Positions 9,452 to 18,467 of a stretch of 64,000 nucleotides of DNA are shown here, piece by piece. A program made the position numbers and the translations under genes. The notes under the pieces are model-generated. The model had not been told where the DNA came from, did no database searches, and was given only the letters and a program-made list of their open reading frames with translations. How positions within the stretch are numbered: position 1 is the first letter of the stretch; each line of letters opens with the position of its first letter. Source of the DNA: Patescibacteria group bacterium. GTDB lineage: Bacteria; Patescibacteriota; Saccharimonadia; Saccharimonadales; CAYUUR01. The stretch spans positions 17,910-81,909 of the forward strand of contig JBPOIH010000011.1 in the NCBI GenBank assembly GCA_052034685.1, written 5' to 3'.

Positions 9452-10171
9452 ATGAAACTTGCAAACAAAAGAGTCCTGTTGAAAATATCCGGCGAACAAC
9501 TTGCCGGTAGTCATGGATTCGGTATCGACCCTGAAGTTGCCCGCTACTTTGCGAATGAGCTCAAATCACTGCGCGAAGCTGACATACAGGTCATTGTAAT
9601 TGTTGGCGGCGGTAACATGGTGCGCGGTAAAACACTTGCTGGCGAGAGCCAAATTAAGCGCGTTACGGCTGATCAAATGGGAATGCTATCCGGGCTCATG
9701 AATGCTATGGCCTTAACTGATATCTTTGAAGCAGAAGGCTTGCCGACGCGCTGTCTTAGTAATGTCTATGTTGAGCAGTTAGCAGAAAGCTTTTCATTCC
9801 GTCTGGCAGAAAAGCATCTACAGAAAGGTCGCGTTCTGCTCGTTGCTGGTGGCACCGGCCGGCCGTATTCAACGCACGACACAGCCGCCGTACTCACAGG
9901 TCTTGAGCTGGATTGTGATCTCGTCATGAAAGCAACTAAGTACGACGGAGTTTATGACGACGACCCAGCGGTGAACCCGCAGGCCAGCAAGCAGTCCCAG
10001 CTTAGTTTTCAGTCGGCAATAGAGAATCAGAAGATCAATGTCATGGACAAAGCGGCCATGGGTCTGGCAATGGAACACAAGATGACCGTAGTAGTGTTTG
10101 ACGCTATGAAACCCGGCAATACCCTACTGTCTGCCCAAGGCACGACTACCGGCACAACAATACAGTCGTAA
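9452..10171 (+). CDS. pyrH: UMP kinase
   Basis: Reads KRVLLKISGEQLAG...VIVIVGGGNMVRG...LLVAGGTGRPYSTHDTAA. Confidence 0.9.
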   Translation: MKLANKRVLLKISGEQLAGSHGFGIDPEVARYFANELKSLREADIQVIVIVGGGNMVRGKTLAGESQIKRVTADQMGMLSGLMNAMALTDIFEAEGLPTRCLSNVYVEQLAESFSFRLAEKHLQKGRVLLVAGGTGRPYSTHDTAAVLTGLELDCDLVMKATKYDGVYDDDPAVNPQASKQSQLSFQSAIENQKINVMDKAAMGLAMEHKMTVVVFDAMKPGNTLLSAQGTTTGTTIQS

Positions 10172-10175
10172 TTAT

Positions 10176-10415
10176 CTACTTAAAGCGACTCAAAAGTACC
10201 GCGGCGTCTTTGTTGCTGAGCTTACCGTGCGAAGTTTCTTCTGCCGGCGTATGGCGCAGGTTGCGCAGAATCTGCTGGTAGGTTTTATGTATGGTTTCTG
10301 TTGTCTGGTGTAAAGGACGAATCGATGCTTTTGGTGCTTTAGGCGCAGCTTTGGCAGGATAATTGATAAACCCTTGTATAGCATCACTCCGGTTAACGGT
10401 AGATGACTTACTCAT
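10176..10415 (-). CDS. hypothetical small protein
   Basis: 79-aa ORF whose start overlaps the stop of the upstream gene by 1 nt, suggesting translational coupling. Confidence 0.45.
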   Translation of the reverse strand: MSKSSTVNRSDAIQGFINYPAKAAPKAPKASIRPLHQTTETIHKTYQQILRNLRHTPAEETSHGKLSNKDAAVLLSRFK

Positions 10416-11191
10416 TACACAACCTCAACACATGGCCGAAACCGTTCGGTTTGCATGTAGCCTTTAGGGTCGTCCTGAGCAAAGCGGTAGGCGCCACTCA
10501 TGAATGAGACAGACACAGGTTCGCTGACGTCGTGATTGAGCAACCATGTCCAGCTGTGATGGTCACGTGGTGTAGTGTGACGCAATGCGTACACGGCGTA
10601 TTCATGAATGCCAAAACCACGCGCGTCGTGCCCTGCAATGATATAACTTTGACTGCCAAGGATTTCCTCGGCGCTGCCAAAGTCTAGGCCATCGATGCCG
10701 TCGTAGATGACGAGCAGTCGCCATTTTTTGGATGTAGTTGGTCCGATGATTGTTTCGTTCTGATCGCTGTAGCGGACGTGAGGTTGCTGCAAACGCAGGG
10801 CGTTCAATTGTCCTTGGTCTAGCATTTGTGTCGGTGGTATGAGTTGCATGGTAAACAAGTCAGGAGACACTTGTAGTTCGTCTGCGAGATCGTTAATGAC
10901 TACTTGTGCTTTGGCAATTCTACGTTGTAGTGTTTTATAAGTCGGAATAGCAATACCACGTGCTTGCCATTCGCTTGCGAGCTCGTTATACCAGTTGGCG
11001 GTTTCTGTCTCAGGAGTTTGAACTGATGTCTTGGCGCGATCTTTTCGGATAGCTGCAGCATAACGGTCTTTGTATTGTGTTGAGCTTGCAAAAAGCTGGC
11101 TGCGCTTTTGGTACAAACTACTGAGGTTGCTTTGTAAGTCAGTGATCTCTTGATCAATTTGGTTGAGTTTTTCGAGATTAGTAACTAACAT
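10415..11191 (-). CDS. hypothetical protein
   Basis: 258-aa ORF with a coiled-coil-like N-terminus. No family recognised. Confidence 0.6.
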   Translation of the reverse strand: MLVTNLEKLNQIDQEITDLQSNLSSLYQKRSQLFASSTQYKDRYAAAIRKDRAKTSVQTPETETANWYNELASEWQARGIAIPTYKTLQRRIAKAQVVINDLADELQVSPDLFTMQLIPPTQMLDQGQLNALRLQQPHVRYSDQNETIIGPTTSKKWRLLVIYDGIDGLDFGSAEEILGSQSYIIAGHDARGFGIHEYAVYALRHTTPRDHHSWTWLLNHDVSEPVSVSFMSGAYRFAQDDPKGYMQTERFRPCVEVV

Positions 11192-11200
11192 TGCGTTATC

Positions 11201-11557
11201 CTATCCGACAAGCTGGTTTGTTGGAGTATTGCTTGGTGCGGCAGCTGGGTTGCGTAGCTGTGCGCCAAAGTGCTCTTCAATTGCACTCAGGTGCTTGCCA
11301 GCTTGGTCGCTGACGGCAACGAGGCGCTGTGCATCGTCGGCAATCTTAGACGTCTGCGTAACTGCAATATTAATGCGCTGTACAAGATCTGCACGGAAAG
11401 CGTTGATGGTTGGTGAGCTAATTGCTTCACTCTGTTCAGAAAGGATCTCTGAGAGAATTTGTAGTGTTGGGGCGAGCTCACGGAGCACCGCATCCATTTC
11501 GCGGACTCTGTTATTTGCTCGAGCGTGAGCCTGCTTATCAATTTTGTAGACAATCAT
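11201..11557 (-). CDS. hypothetical helical protein
   Basis: 118-aa ORF, first gene of a co-directional three-gene unit. Confidence 0.55.
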   Translation of the reverse strand: MIVYKIDKQAHARANNRVREMDAVLRELAPTLQILSEILSEQSEAISSPTINAFRADLVQRINIAVTQTSKIADDAQRLVAVSDQAGKHLSAIEEHFGAQLRNPAAAPSNTPTNQLVG

Positions 11558-11638
11558 ACGAACTCCTTGTTTTGTAATGCTATCGTAGCATCAAATACCA
11601 ATAGAGTAAAGTACGTTGCCTAATACACCTGGCTACTG

Positions 11639-13042
11639 TTACAGTGGTTCGCCGAATTTACGACAATCTGGGACCAGCTTGGCGCTAAGGCCGAGATTAT
11701 CGCGTGTTTCACAGCCGATGCCTTCTTGGCTGGCATAGACTTGATTGTAAGTGTTGTCAGCATAAATGTAATAGTATGATGCTCCAGAATCGCAGCCACT
11801 TTCTGATAAGACGAGCTGATCCGTTCCGTCGCGAGCCACAAGTGAAACGCGTCTGAAGTTATTTTCTACACAATCAAACGTCACGCGCTGTTCCATGTAA
11901 TCGGTAATCTTGCTTGGCGTACCACTAGGGGCAAACACAAATGCTGCGGCTTGAGCGTCAGGATTGACTGCTGTACCTTTTTGACTCGGGAAGTTAACGA
12001 GTGAAAACAGAAAATTCTGGCTACTGACAGGTAGCTTAAGCTGGGTGACGGCAGCGGTAGGCCCGGCCAATTCATATCTTTGGGGAGGCTCCTGCCCTGC
12101 GTCAGTGAATGTGAAGTTATTTATCACAAAACCACGTGTTGTGATTACAGGCGCAGGATAGTCCATGGCGTGCTGGTTGATGCGATAGACTTCTTTGAGC
12201 TGCTGGTTATTGAGTCTGCCTACTTTGAGCGTGTACGATGGGTTAGTTGTGTCACTTCCAAGTACGTTTGCATAGAAGGCCTGCATACCAGGATCGTATG
12301 AAATGGCAATATCGGTTGTTACTTCAACCGCACCATCGGGGTTCATAGAAAAATCACTGATATTAATCTCTTGTGGTGGCCGGTTGATGCCCGTGGAGAC
12401 GAGTACTAGCTGGCCTGAATTCATCGCTTCCTCATCGCCTTTTACGTATTGCATGTAGACGTTGTCGCCATCGCTGCCAACAATTTGCGCGTACTGATCA
12501 GGAGCATCAATGCCGCCCATAGTTTTACCTTCCAAACTCACTATAGAAATCGATCGGCTCGACGCCTCCTCTTCATAGGTATCCGTTATCTTTACCAGCG
12601 CATCATTCCCATGCCACGAGTACTGTGTACTAAGATAGTCATCGTCGTTTGGTAGCGTATAAAGAACAGCAAAATTACTGTCCAGAACGACTTGTGATTG
12701 CTCAGAGAACCTGTCGGAATACGTATAGCCTGAGGCCAGATACTTGGTCTGATCAGGGCTTGGGACTAAGTTGGTTACTTCGCCCAAAGATTCGGGTATG
12801 GAGTATTGCTTGCGCTCGCCGGTTTCGAGGTTTTCGCACTGCAGCAAAGGTCCATTCAGCGACACGCAGACCACACCGTTATTGTTAGTAATATACTGCT
12901 TCCCACGTGCGGTCTCGCTGTCCTGCGCCGTCGGCTTGGTTGCGTACAAGTAGATTCCCACGCCTAAAGTAACGAGAGCGAGTAAAATCATACTTACGGT
13001 CACCCATTTGCTCTGCTGCATTGAGGGGCTGGAATCCTTCAT
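11639..13042 (-). CDS. hypothetical membrane-anchored/secreted protein
   Basis: 467-aa ORF with an N-terminal TM helix (WVTVSMILLALVTLGVGIYLY). Confidence 0.65.
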   Translation of the reverse strand: MKDSSPSMQQSKWVTVSMILLALVTLGVGIYLYATKPTAQDSETARGKQYITNNNGVVCVSLNGPLLQCENLETGERKQYSIPESLGEVTNLVPSPDQTKYLASGYTYSDRFSEQSQVVLDSNFAVLYTLPNDDDYLSTQYSWHGNDALVKITDTYEEEASSRSISIVSLEGKTMGGIDAPDQYAQIVGSDGDNVYMQYVKGDEEAMNSGQLVLVSTGINRPPQEINISDFSMNPDGAVEVTTDIAISYDPGMQAFYANVLGSDTTNPSYTLKVGRLNNQQLKEVYRINQHAMDYPAPVITTRGFVINNFTFTDAGQEPPQRYELAGPTAAVTQLKLPVSSQNFLFSLVNFPSQKGTAVNPDAQAAAFVFAPSGTPSKITDYMEQRVTFDCVENNFRRVSLVARDGTDQLVLSESGCDSGASYYYIYADNTYNQVYASQEGIGCETRDNLGLSAKLVPDCRKFGEPL

Positions 13043-13097
13043 ACATTAAGTATAGTGCTATTGCGTAGCAAAATAAACAGCCGTAAGTATTACATGC

Positions 13098-13241
13098 TGG
13101 CGGAGAGAGAGGGGTAACGCACAGCCGCGTCCGTTCTCGGAGCGAGCTCCTGCGAGCGGACTTGCTGACCGAACCTGGCTCGAATCCCTTTTCTTCAGAG
13201 AGAAGAAAAACGGCCACACTTTTGTGTGACCATTTCTCTCC
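13098..13241 (-). repeat. tRNA-downstream element, Ser copy, ending in a 16-nt copy of the tRNA-Ser 3' end
   Basis: TGGCGGAGAGAGAGGG occurs at 13242-13257 (tRNA 3' end, plus-strand reading) and again at 13098-13113. The interior contains GACCGAACC and GGAGCGAGCTCCTGCGAG, as do the other copies. Confidence 0.6.
13203..13231 (-). terminator. rho-independent terminator after tRNA-Ser
   Basis: The minus strand reads GGTCACAC-AAAA-GTGTGGCC followed by GTTTTTCTTCT. Confidence 0.65.
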
Positions 13242-13333
13242 TGGCGGAGAGAGAGGGATTCGAACCCTCGAGACGTTTTGCAACGCCTACACGCTTTCCA
13301 AGCGTGCTCCTTCAGCCACTCGGACACCTCTCC
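13242..13333 (-). tRNA. tRNA-Ser (anticodon GGA)
   Basis: The minus strand reads GGAGAGGTGTCCGAGTGGCTGAAGGAGCACGCTTGGAAAGCGTG...GAGGGTTCGAATCCCTCTCTCTCCGCCA. The anticodon loop is TTGGAAA, with a long variable arm and an encoded CCA. Confidence 0.9.
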
Positions 13334-13455
13334 CAGCTGCTTCATTATACGAAAATCTACCAAAATCCGTAACAATCTGGCAAAAACATACCCTTATGCT
13401 TGTATACAGTGGTACGACAGGGATAGAATAGGAGTAACCTTTTATCAAAACACTA

Positions 13456-14349
13456 ATGGAGAAATCTGTGGCACTTATTCAGCTTAACGATGTCAGCAAA
13501 ATCTACGGTCTTGGCGACGCTACCACGGTCGCGCTAGAAGAAGTGACTTTGAGCATTGATAAAGGTGAGTTTGTGGCAGTGATGGGTCCAAGCGGTTGCG
13601 GGAAATCAACCCTGATGAACATGATTGGTCTGCTTGACCAGCCGACACACGGCGCCTACACGCTCGGTGGTCGTTCAGTCGCAAAGCTGCGTACTAATCA
13701 ACGCGCTAAAGTACGTCGTGACAAGATTGGTTTTATCTTCCAGTCCTTTAATCTTCTGCCGCGACTCATCGTGCTAGAGAATGTCGCTCTACCACTCGCC
13801 TACCGGGGCATGACACAAACGCGGCGGCTCAAACGCGCCAGTCAGCTATTGGCTCGTGTCGGCTTGCAAGACCGCGAATACTATATGCCCAAACAGCTCA
13901 GTGGTGGTCAGGCGCAACAAGTAGCCATTGCCCGCGCCCTCATTAATAACCCAGAAATTATCATTGCCGATGAGCCAACCGGCAACCTCGACAGCGCCTC
14001 AAGCCGGGTGGTTATGGAACTCCTCAGCGAAATTCATCAAGATGGTAACACTGTGCTGATGGTAACGCACAACCCAGAGCTTACCCGCTATGCTACCCGC
14101 GTGGTGTATATGCACGACGGCGCAGTTGTGCATGATGAGAAGAAACCAATCGGCAAGATCCCGGCACGGGCCAAGAAGATTATATTTACGCAGCATACCA
14201 AGACAGAAGAAGACGACCTCGCGGGCGTGTCTGCGCTGATGCATACAATCCCCGGTAAGGACAAATTACAGAAAGTCGTCAAGAAACGCCGCACCCGCAA
14301 GCCAAAGTCGTCACGCAAAAAGACCGCACGGAGCAAAACCCATGTTTAG
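13456..14349 (+). CDS. ABC transporter ATP-binding protein (MacB/LolD-like) with a Lys/Arg-rich C-terminal tail
   Basis: Walker A GPSGCGKST, signature LSGGQAQQ and Walker [13 protein letters not shown]. The tail reads KVVKKRRTRKPKSSRKKTARSKTHV. Confidence 0.9.
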   Translation: MEKSVALIQLNDVSKIYGLGDATTVALEEVTLSIDKGEFVAVMGPSGCGKSTLMNMIGLLDQPTHGAYTLGGRSVAKLRTNQRAKVRRDKIGFIFQSFNLLPRLIVLENVALPLAYRGMTQTRRLKRASQLLARVGLQDREYYMPKQLSGGQAQQVAIARALINNPEIIIADEPTGNLDSASSRVVMELLSEIHQDGNTVLMVTHNPELTRYATRVVYMHDGAVVHDEKKPIGKIPARAKKIIFTQHTKTEEDDLAGVSALMHTIPGKDKLQKVVKKRRTRKPKSSRKKTARSKTHV

Positions 14350-15559
14350 GGGCAATATCAAAATGGCATGGGCTTCTATCAAAAGCGCACGTTGGCGCAG
14401 CTTCCTGACGATGCTTGGGATTATCATTGGCGTGGTTTCGGTGGTAACGATTGTGAGCCTTGGCGAAGGTGTTAAGCGGCAAGTCGCTGGGCAGATTAAT
14501 GACACGGGAAGTGACATTATCACGGTGCTTCCGGGTAAACAATCTGCCAGCACACAAGGTTATGGTCTGCAAGATTTTACAGCACGAGCACCGCAAACAT
14601 TGAGCGACAAAGATTACGTAGTGATTGACCAGACAGATGGCGTCGCTTCGACCGTGCCATTTAGTGTGGTGAGTGGCGTGGCAAGTGTCGAGAACCGGAG
14701 TATGCCAGAAGGCGTTATTTTTGGGACTAACCAAGATCTAGCAGCCACGCTCAACCAAAAAATTGAATTCGGCACTTTCTTTACTGAGGCCGAACTCACC
14801 CGCCAAGTTGCTGTAATCGGCAAGTCGGTTGCAGAACAGCTCTTCCAAGAAAACGTGCCAATCGGTCGCACGCTCACAATCCGGGGTGAAGATTTTATCG
14901 TAAGGGGCGTACTTGAAGCTACTAAGGCAAGTCCGCTCAGTAGTGTTCCGAGCTTCAATGACGCCGTCCTCATCCCCTATCCGGTAGCAACGCAGCTCGG
15001 CGGCGGCTCCTCGCCTATTTACCGTATTGTCGTCAAGCCTACTAATCCATCTGATACTTCTGCTGTCCGTAAAAGTATTGCTGATAGGCTCTATTTCTCT
15101 CATGCCAAGCAAGATGATGTGACAGTGCTGACGCAGCAGGACGTCTTGCGTGCAAATGACGACATCCTGACACTCTTAACGCAGCTAATCACTGCAGTCG
15201 CCGCAATATCGCTACTTGTTGGCGGCATCGGCATTATGAATATCATGTTGGTCGCGGTCAGTGAACGAACTAACGAAATTGGTATTCGTAAAGCAGTTGG
15301 CGCAACCAACACGCAGATTCTCGGCCAGTTCTTGGTTGAGGCCGTAGTGCTTAGTTTCGCTGGTGGTATCTTTGGCGTATTTGCAGCCATCGCCGTTAAT
15401 TTCCTCATACGCATCTTTACTCCGCTGCAGCCAGCTGTTTCGGCCTGGGTTGTACTGATATCAGTTGGAGTCTCAGTTGGCGTCGGTATTGTGTTTGGTA
15501 TTGCCCCTGCTATCAAAGCTGCTCGCAAGCACCCAATTGACGCCTTGCGCCAGGTTTAG
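14342..15559 (+). CDS. ABC transporter permease, MacB/FtsX family
   Basis: Has an N-terminal TM helix, a periplasmic-type domain and a C-terminal FtsX domain (GIGIMNIMLVAVSERTNEIGIRKAVGA). It overlaps the ATPase gene by 8 nt. Confidence 0.85.
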   Translation: MFRGNIKMAWASIKSARWRSFLTMLGIIIGVVSVVTIVSLGEGVKRQVAGQINDTGSDIITVLPGKQSASTQGYGLQDFTARAPQTLSDKDYVVIDQTDGVASTVPFSVVSGVASVENRSMPEGVIFGTNQDLAATLNQKIEFGTFFTEAELTRQVAVIGKSVAEQLFQENVPIGRTLTIRGEDFIVRGVLEATKASPLSSVPSFNDAVLIPYPVATQLGGGSSPIYRIVVKPTNPSDTSAVRKSIADRLYFSHAKQDDVTVLTQQDVLRANDDILTLLTQLITAVAAISLLVGGIGIMNIMLVAVSERTNEIGIRKAVGATNTQILGQFLVEAVVLSFAGGIFGVFAAIAVNFLIRIFTPLQPAVSAWVVLISVGVSVGVGIVFGIAPAIKAARKHPIDALRQV

Positions 15560-15575
15560 ACCCTTATAAACACAG

Positions 15576-15610
15576 TACCCTGCTCCGGGTGCAGAAGCAG
15601 GGTATTATAT
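15576..15610 (+). terminator. hairpin terminator after the ABC permease
   Basis: TACCCTGCT-11 nt-AGCAGGGTA followed by a T-rich tail. Confidence 0.5.
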
Positions 15611-15747
15611 TGGCAACATTGTTTTAGAGCAAGTGTGCCACAACTATAGGTAATACTAGCATAGCCCCAAAAACATTTCTAGATATTTAACACTGATACG
15701 CAGCCGATTTTTGCTATTTAGGGCATTACAGTATATATTGCAGCCAC

Positions 15748-16074
15748 ATGGATTCACTCAAGAACTCTTGGAAACGTTTGCCTGCTCAGGTTCGCCAGGC
15801 AGTAGTGTTGGTGATTGGTATGGCATTTGTCATCGCTGCTCCATTTACGGGAGTTCTACCTGGTCCAGGCGGCATACCGGTGTTTTTAGTAGGAGTGGCT
15901 ATTCTTGCAACTGAGTTCCATTGGGCAGCGCGCCTGCGTGACTATTGTCTGAGGCTGCTGCACGAATTTGGCATCTACTACCGCAAACATCGCTTTCATG
16001 GCAATCTACTTATAGCTACCTTGATCATCGCTGGCGCAGCGATAAGCTACGTCGTGTATACCCGTATCCTGTAA
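15748..16074 (+). CDS. PGPGW-motif small membrane protein
   Basis: Contains GVLPGPGGIPVFLVGVAILATEF and two further hydrophobic helices. Confidence 0.6.
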   Translation: MDSLKNSWKRLPAQVRQAVVLVIGMAFVIAAPFTGVLPGPGGIPVFLVGVAILATEFHWAARLRDYCLRLLHEFGIYYRKHRFHGNLLIATLIIAGAAISYVVYTRIL

Positions 16075-16097
16075 CCCCGCGCAAACTTACGTCAACC

Positions 16098-16127
16098 AAA
16101 AAGCGTCCCCGGTAAGGGACGCTTTTT
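16098..16127. terminator. bidirectional terminator between convergent genes
   Basis: AAAAA-GCGTCCC-cggtaa-GGGACGC-TTTTT. Confidence 0.7.
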
Positions 16128-16148
16128 AGTATCAGCAGTCAGTCGATA

Positions 16149-16775
16149 TTATCGACGAGTGCGTCGTGAGCGGATGTTGTGCGCAACACCAGCGAGTGAA
16201 CCGGTCAACAGTACAGGCGCGATAACGCTTGCAGGACCAGTGCTAGGAAGAGCAGAAGGAGTTACTGTCTGAGGTGTCTCAGGAGTAACAGGCTTTACTG
16301 GGTCTGGACATTTCTCGCCACCGTGCTTCCAGTCGATCAAACGACCTGGCTCAGTTGCGTAGTCTGGAGTACCAGCAGCAGTTGTTGGGCTTGTACCGCG
16401 TAGTAAGTCAGCCTGGAAGAAACGTACAACGTTCTTGTCAGTCTCACAAACCGGGAGGTTTACAGTAACTTCGTGGATACCCACGGCGTACTTGCCAGTT
16501 TTGAAGTCGTAAAGCTTCTGTTCGTTGAGAGGCAAACCCTTAAGGTTTGGTGCTTCCCAAGAAGCGAAGGTTACGTCTTGCATACAGCCAGCGTCACCTT
16601 TTACGGCAAACTTAACTTTTGCAGTTGTACCTGTTACGGTAATGTTCTTCTGCGTGTGGTCACCGCCTACGGCGCCAACGTTACATTCAGCAGCTTTCGT
16701 CTGAGTTGCAGGAATGATAGCTACGATTGAAGCAGCGGTCATAACACCTGCGATCACAAAATTGCGAATCTTCAT
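16149..16775 (-). CDS. LPXTG-type cell-wall-anchored surface protein
   Basis: Signal peptide MKIRNFVIAGVMTAASIVAIIPATQTKA. The C-terminus has LPSTG, a hydrophobic stretch and RSRRTRR. The start was trimmed to ATG 16775, downstream of a GGAAAGGGA purine tract. Confidence 0.75.
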   Translation of the reverse strand: MKIRNFVIAGVMTAASIVAIIPATQTKAAECNVGAVGGDHTQKNITVTGTTAKVKFAVKGDAGCMQDVTFASWEAPNLKGLPLNEQKLYDFKTGKYAVGIHEVTVNLPVCETDKNVVRFFQADLLRGTSPTTAAGTPDYATEPGRLIDWKHGGEKCPDPVKPVTPETPQTVTPSALPSTGPASVIAPVLLTGSLAGVAHNIRSRRTRR

Positions 16776-16879
16776 ATTATTTTTCCCTTTCCTTCCACCC
16801 CTAATTGGGGATTGACTACATATTAGCATAATCATGCGTATATGTCAACAACCTTTAGCAGTATTATTTATCCACAGCT

Positions 16880-18406
16880 TTAGTGCCACACTGTTCGTTT
16901 AAGAATGTTCCCTGCTGTTTGGTTGAGCTGCACGACTGTCGGATTTTGCCAGTACCATAACGAATCGGAACGAATCAACCAGCCACTGATACCTGAACCG
17001 TAGACAAAGATAGCTATAACGGCTGACAGTACGATCCCCTTGGATCGCCAGCGCGAAGGTACACTCCAGGATACGGCTTGGATCATCAGTGCAATAGCAA
17101 GCGGCAGTAGTGGCATGAGGTAGCGTGCCTGGATTGCTTGTGCTGCACCGAGGTCAAGGTACTGTCGATAATTAAAGAGTAGTACAACAAGACCGTAGAA
17201 CAGTATGACAACTATACTGAATCGATACGCTGGACGCCTCAATAGTGGCTTTATCTGTAATAGTATTGCTAGGAGACCGATGACAACAGCGATGGATGCT
17301 ATTGTCACAGGCAGCGGCAACAGCGGTCGGGCCACGATTGGACCAAAAGGTTCCTTATCTGACACGACCGCAGTCGGCGTGTGGCTGAAGATAGCAAAGT
17401 AGCCGCGCTGCACTTTACTCACCCAGTGCTGTGTATAGCTAAAGAAGTTCCCATATAACGGAGTGGCCGGCTTATAGAGTTTATTCTGTTGATTGCGGTA
17501 CCACGGGGCATACTGTTCGCAAACACTTACAGGCTGTACTACAGAACATTCAGCGTTGTAGCCCCCATAGCGCATCTGATTAACACCATAACGCTCCACG
17601 AACATACCGATACTGAAGACCAACATCAGCACTAGTCCAAACCGCACCAGCAGCGCCCGTCGATGAAAATCCTGCCACAGTATCCTAGCCAAGCGCTGTT
17701 TGTAACGATAGATGAGCGTAGCAGCGACGTACATGAGACAAATCAGATAGATTGGCAAAAAGGTTTCCTTCACCAGGCTGGTGAGTGCGCCTGTTGTCAC
17801 GAGTAATACAAGCAGACTAATAGAGGGGCGCTGTTTGGTGATCTGACGATATGCGTACCACAGAACCACAGGGGTAAGCGCAAATAACAGATTATCGTAG
17901 TTGATGTGAGCGGCCAAAAACGGCGTAATTGGTAGACAGACGATGATAAACAGCGCCAGATGTGCAATTTTCTTTGGGACACGCATTGACAGCAGTAATT
18001 TGCGGAAGAGCACTAACCCAAGCGCAAACAGGCCTATATTGAGCACGCGCAAACTGATAATCACTCCAGTATCTGTAGGAAAGATGCTGTCGAGAACGCG
18101 ATACGGGAAGCTCATCAGATAGTGAAACAGATATGAAGGTGTACGGGTAATGTCGCCAAACAGGCTGGCTTCCGGGGGTTGCTGCGTTATAAACGGCGAC
18201 CATTGCTCTGCGTAGACCTTAATAATGCCAAAGTGATAATATTCGTCAAACGGTAACGGATACGCTGCAGACAGAGCAAGCCAAAGCGATTGAACGATGA
18301 GCAAAATGATTGTGCCAGCAAAAAACCAACCATGTTCCAATAGTCGCGTTAGTTTATGCAGAAGCGTGCCATCAGTTGCGGTAGTTTGTAAATGATTCTT
18401 GGCCAT
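16880..18406 (-). CDS. polytopic membrane protein, possibly a GT-C-type glycosyltransferase (tentative)
   Basis: 508 aa with more than 10 hydrophobic helices and an early loop motif PLPFDEYYHF, reminiscent of GT-C/DUF2142-type proteins. The family call is weak. Confidence 0.55.
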   Translation of the reverse strand: MAKNHLQTTATDGTLLHKLTRLLEHGWFFAGTIILLIVQSLWLALSAAYPLPFDEYYHFGIIKVYAEQWSPFITQQPPEASLFGDITRTPSYLFHYLMSFPYRVLDSIFPTDTGVIISLRVLNIGLFALGLVLFRKLLLSMRVPKKIAHLALFIIVCLPITPFLAAHINYDNLLFALTPVVLWYAYRQITKQRPSISLLVLLVTTGALTSLVKETFLPIYLICLMYVAATLIYRYKQRLARILWQDFHRRALLVRFGLVLMLVFSIGMFVERYGVNQMRYGGYNAECSVVQPVSVCEQYAPWYRNQQNKLYKPATPLYGNFFSYTQHWVSKVQRGYFAIFSHTPTAVVSDKEPFGPIVARPLLPLPVTIASIAVVIGLLAILLQIKPLLRRPAYRFSIVVILFYGLVVLLFNYRQYLDLGAAQAIQARYLMPLLPLAIALMIQAVSWSVPSRWRSKGIVLSAVIAIFVYGSGISGWLIRSDSLWYWQNPTVVQLNQTAGNILKRTVWH

Positions 18407-18467
18407 CTATGTAGTATAGCTGAATTACCCTATAGCGACGTGAAATATTTCACAGAAACGACAGTGG

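Noticed and set aside
13098-13113. Reading the 16-18-nt tRNA 3'-end copies as retroelement primer-binding sites (an LTR-like PBS on the opposite strand)
   Set aside because: No reverse transcriptase, LTR or retron-like gene is visible anywhere in the window. tRNA att-site scars are the more parsimonious explanation. The idea is kept only as a remote alternative.
12885-13431. Track ORFs overlapping 12885-13431
   Set aside because: They span tRNA-Ser, its terminator and the downstream element, and have no RBS or protein-like composition.
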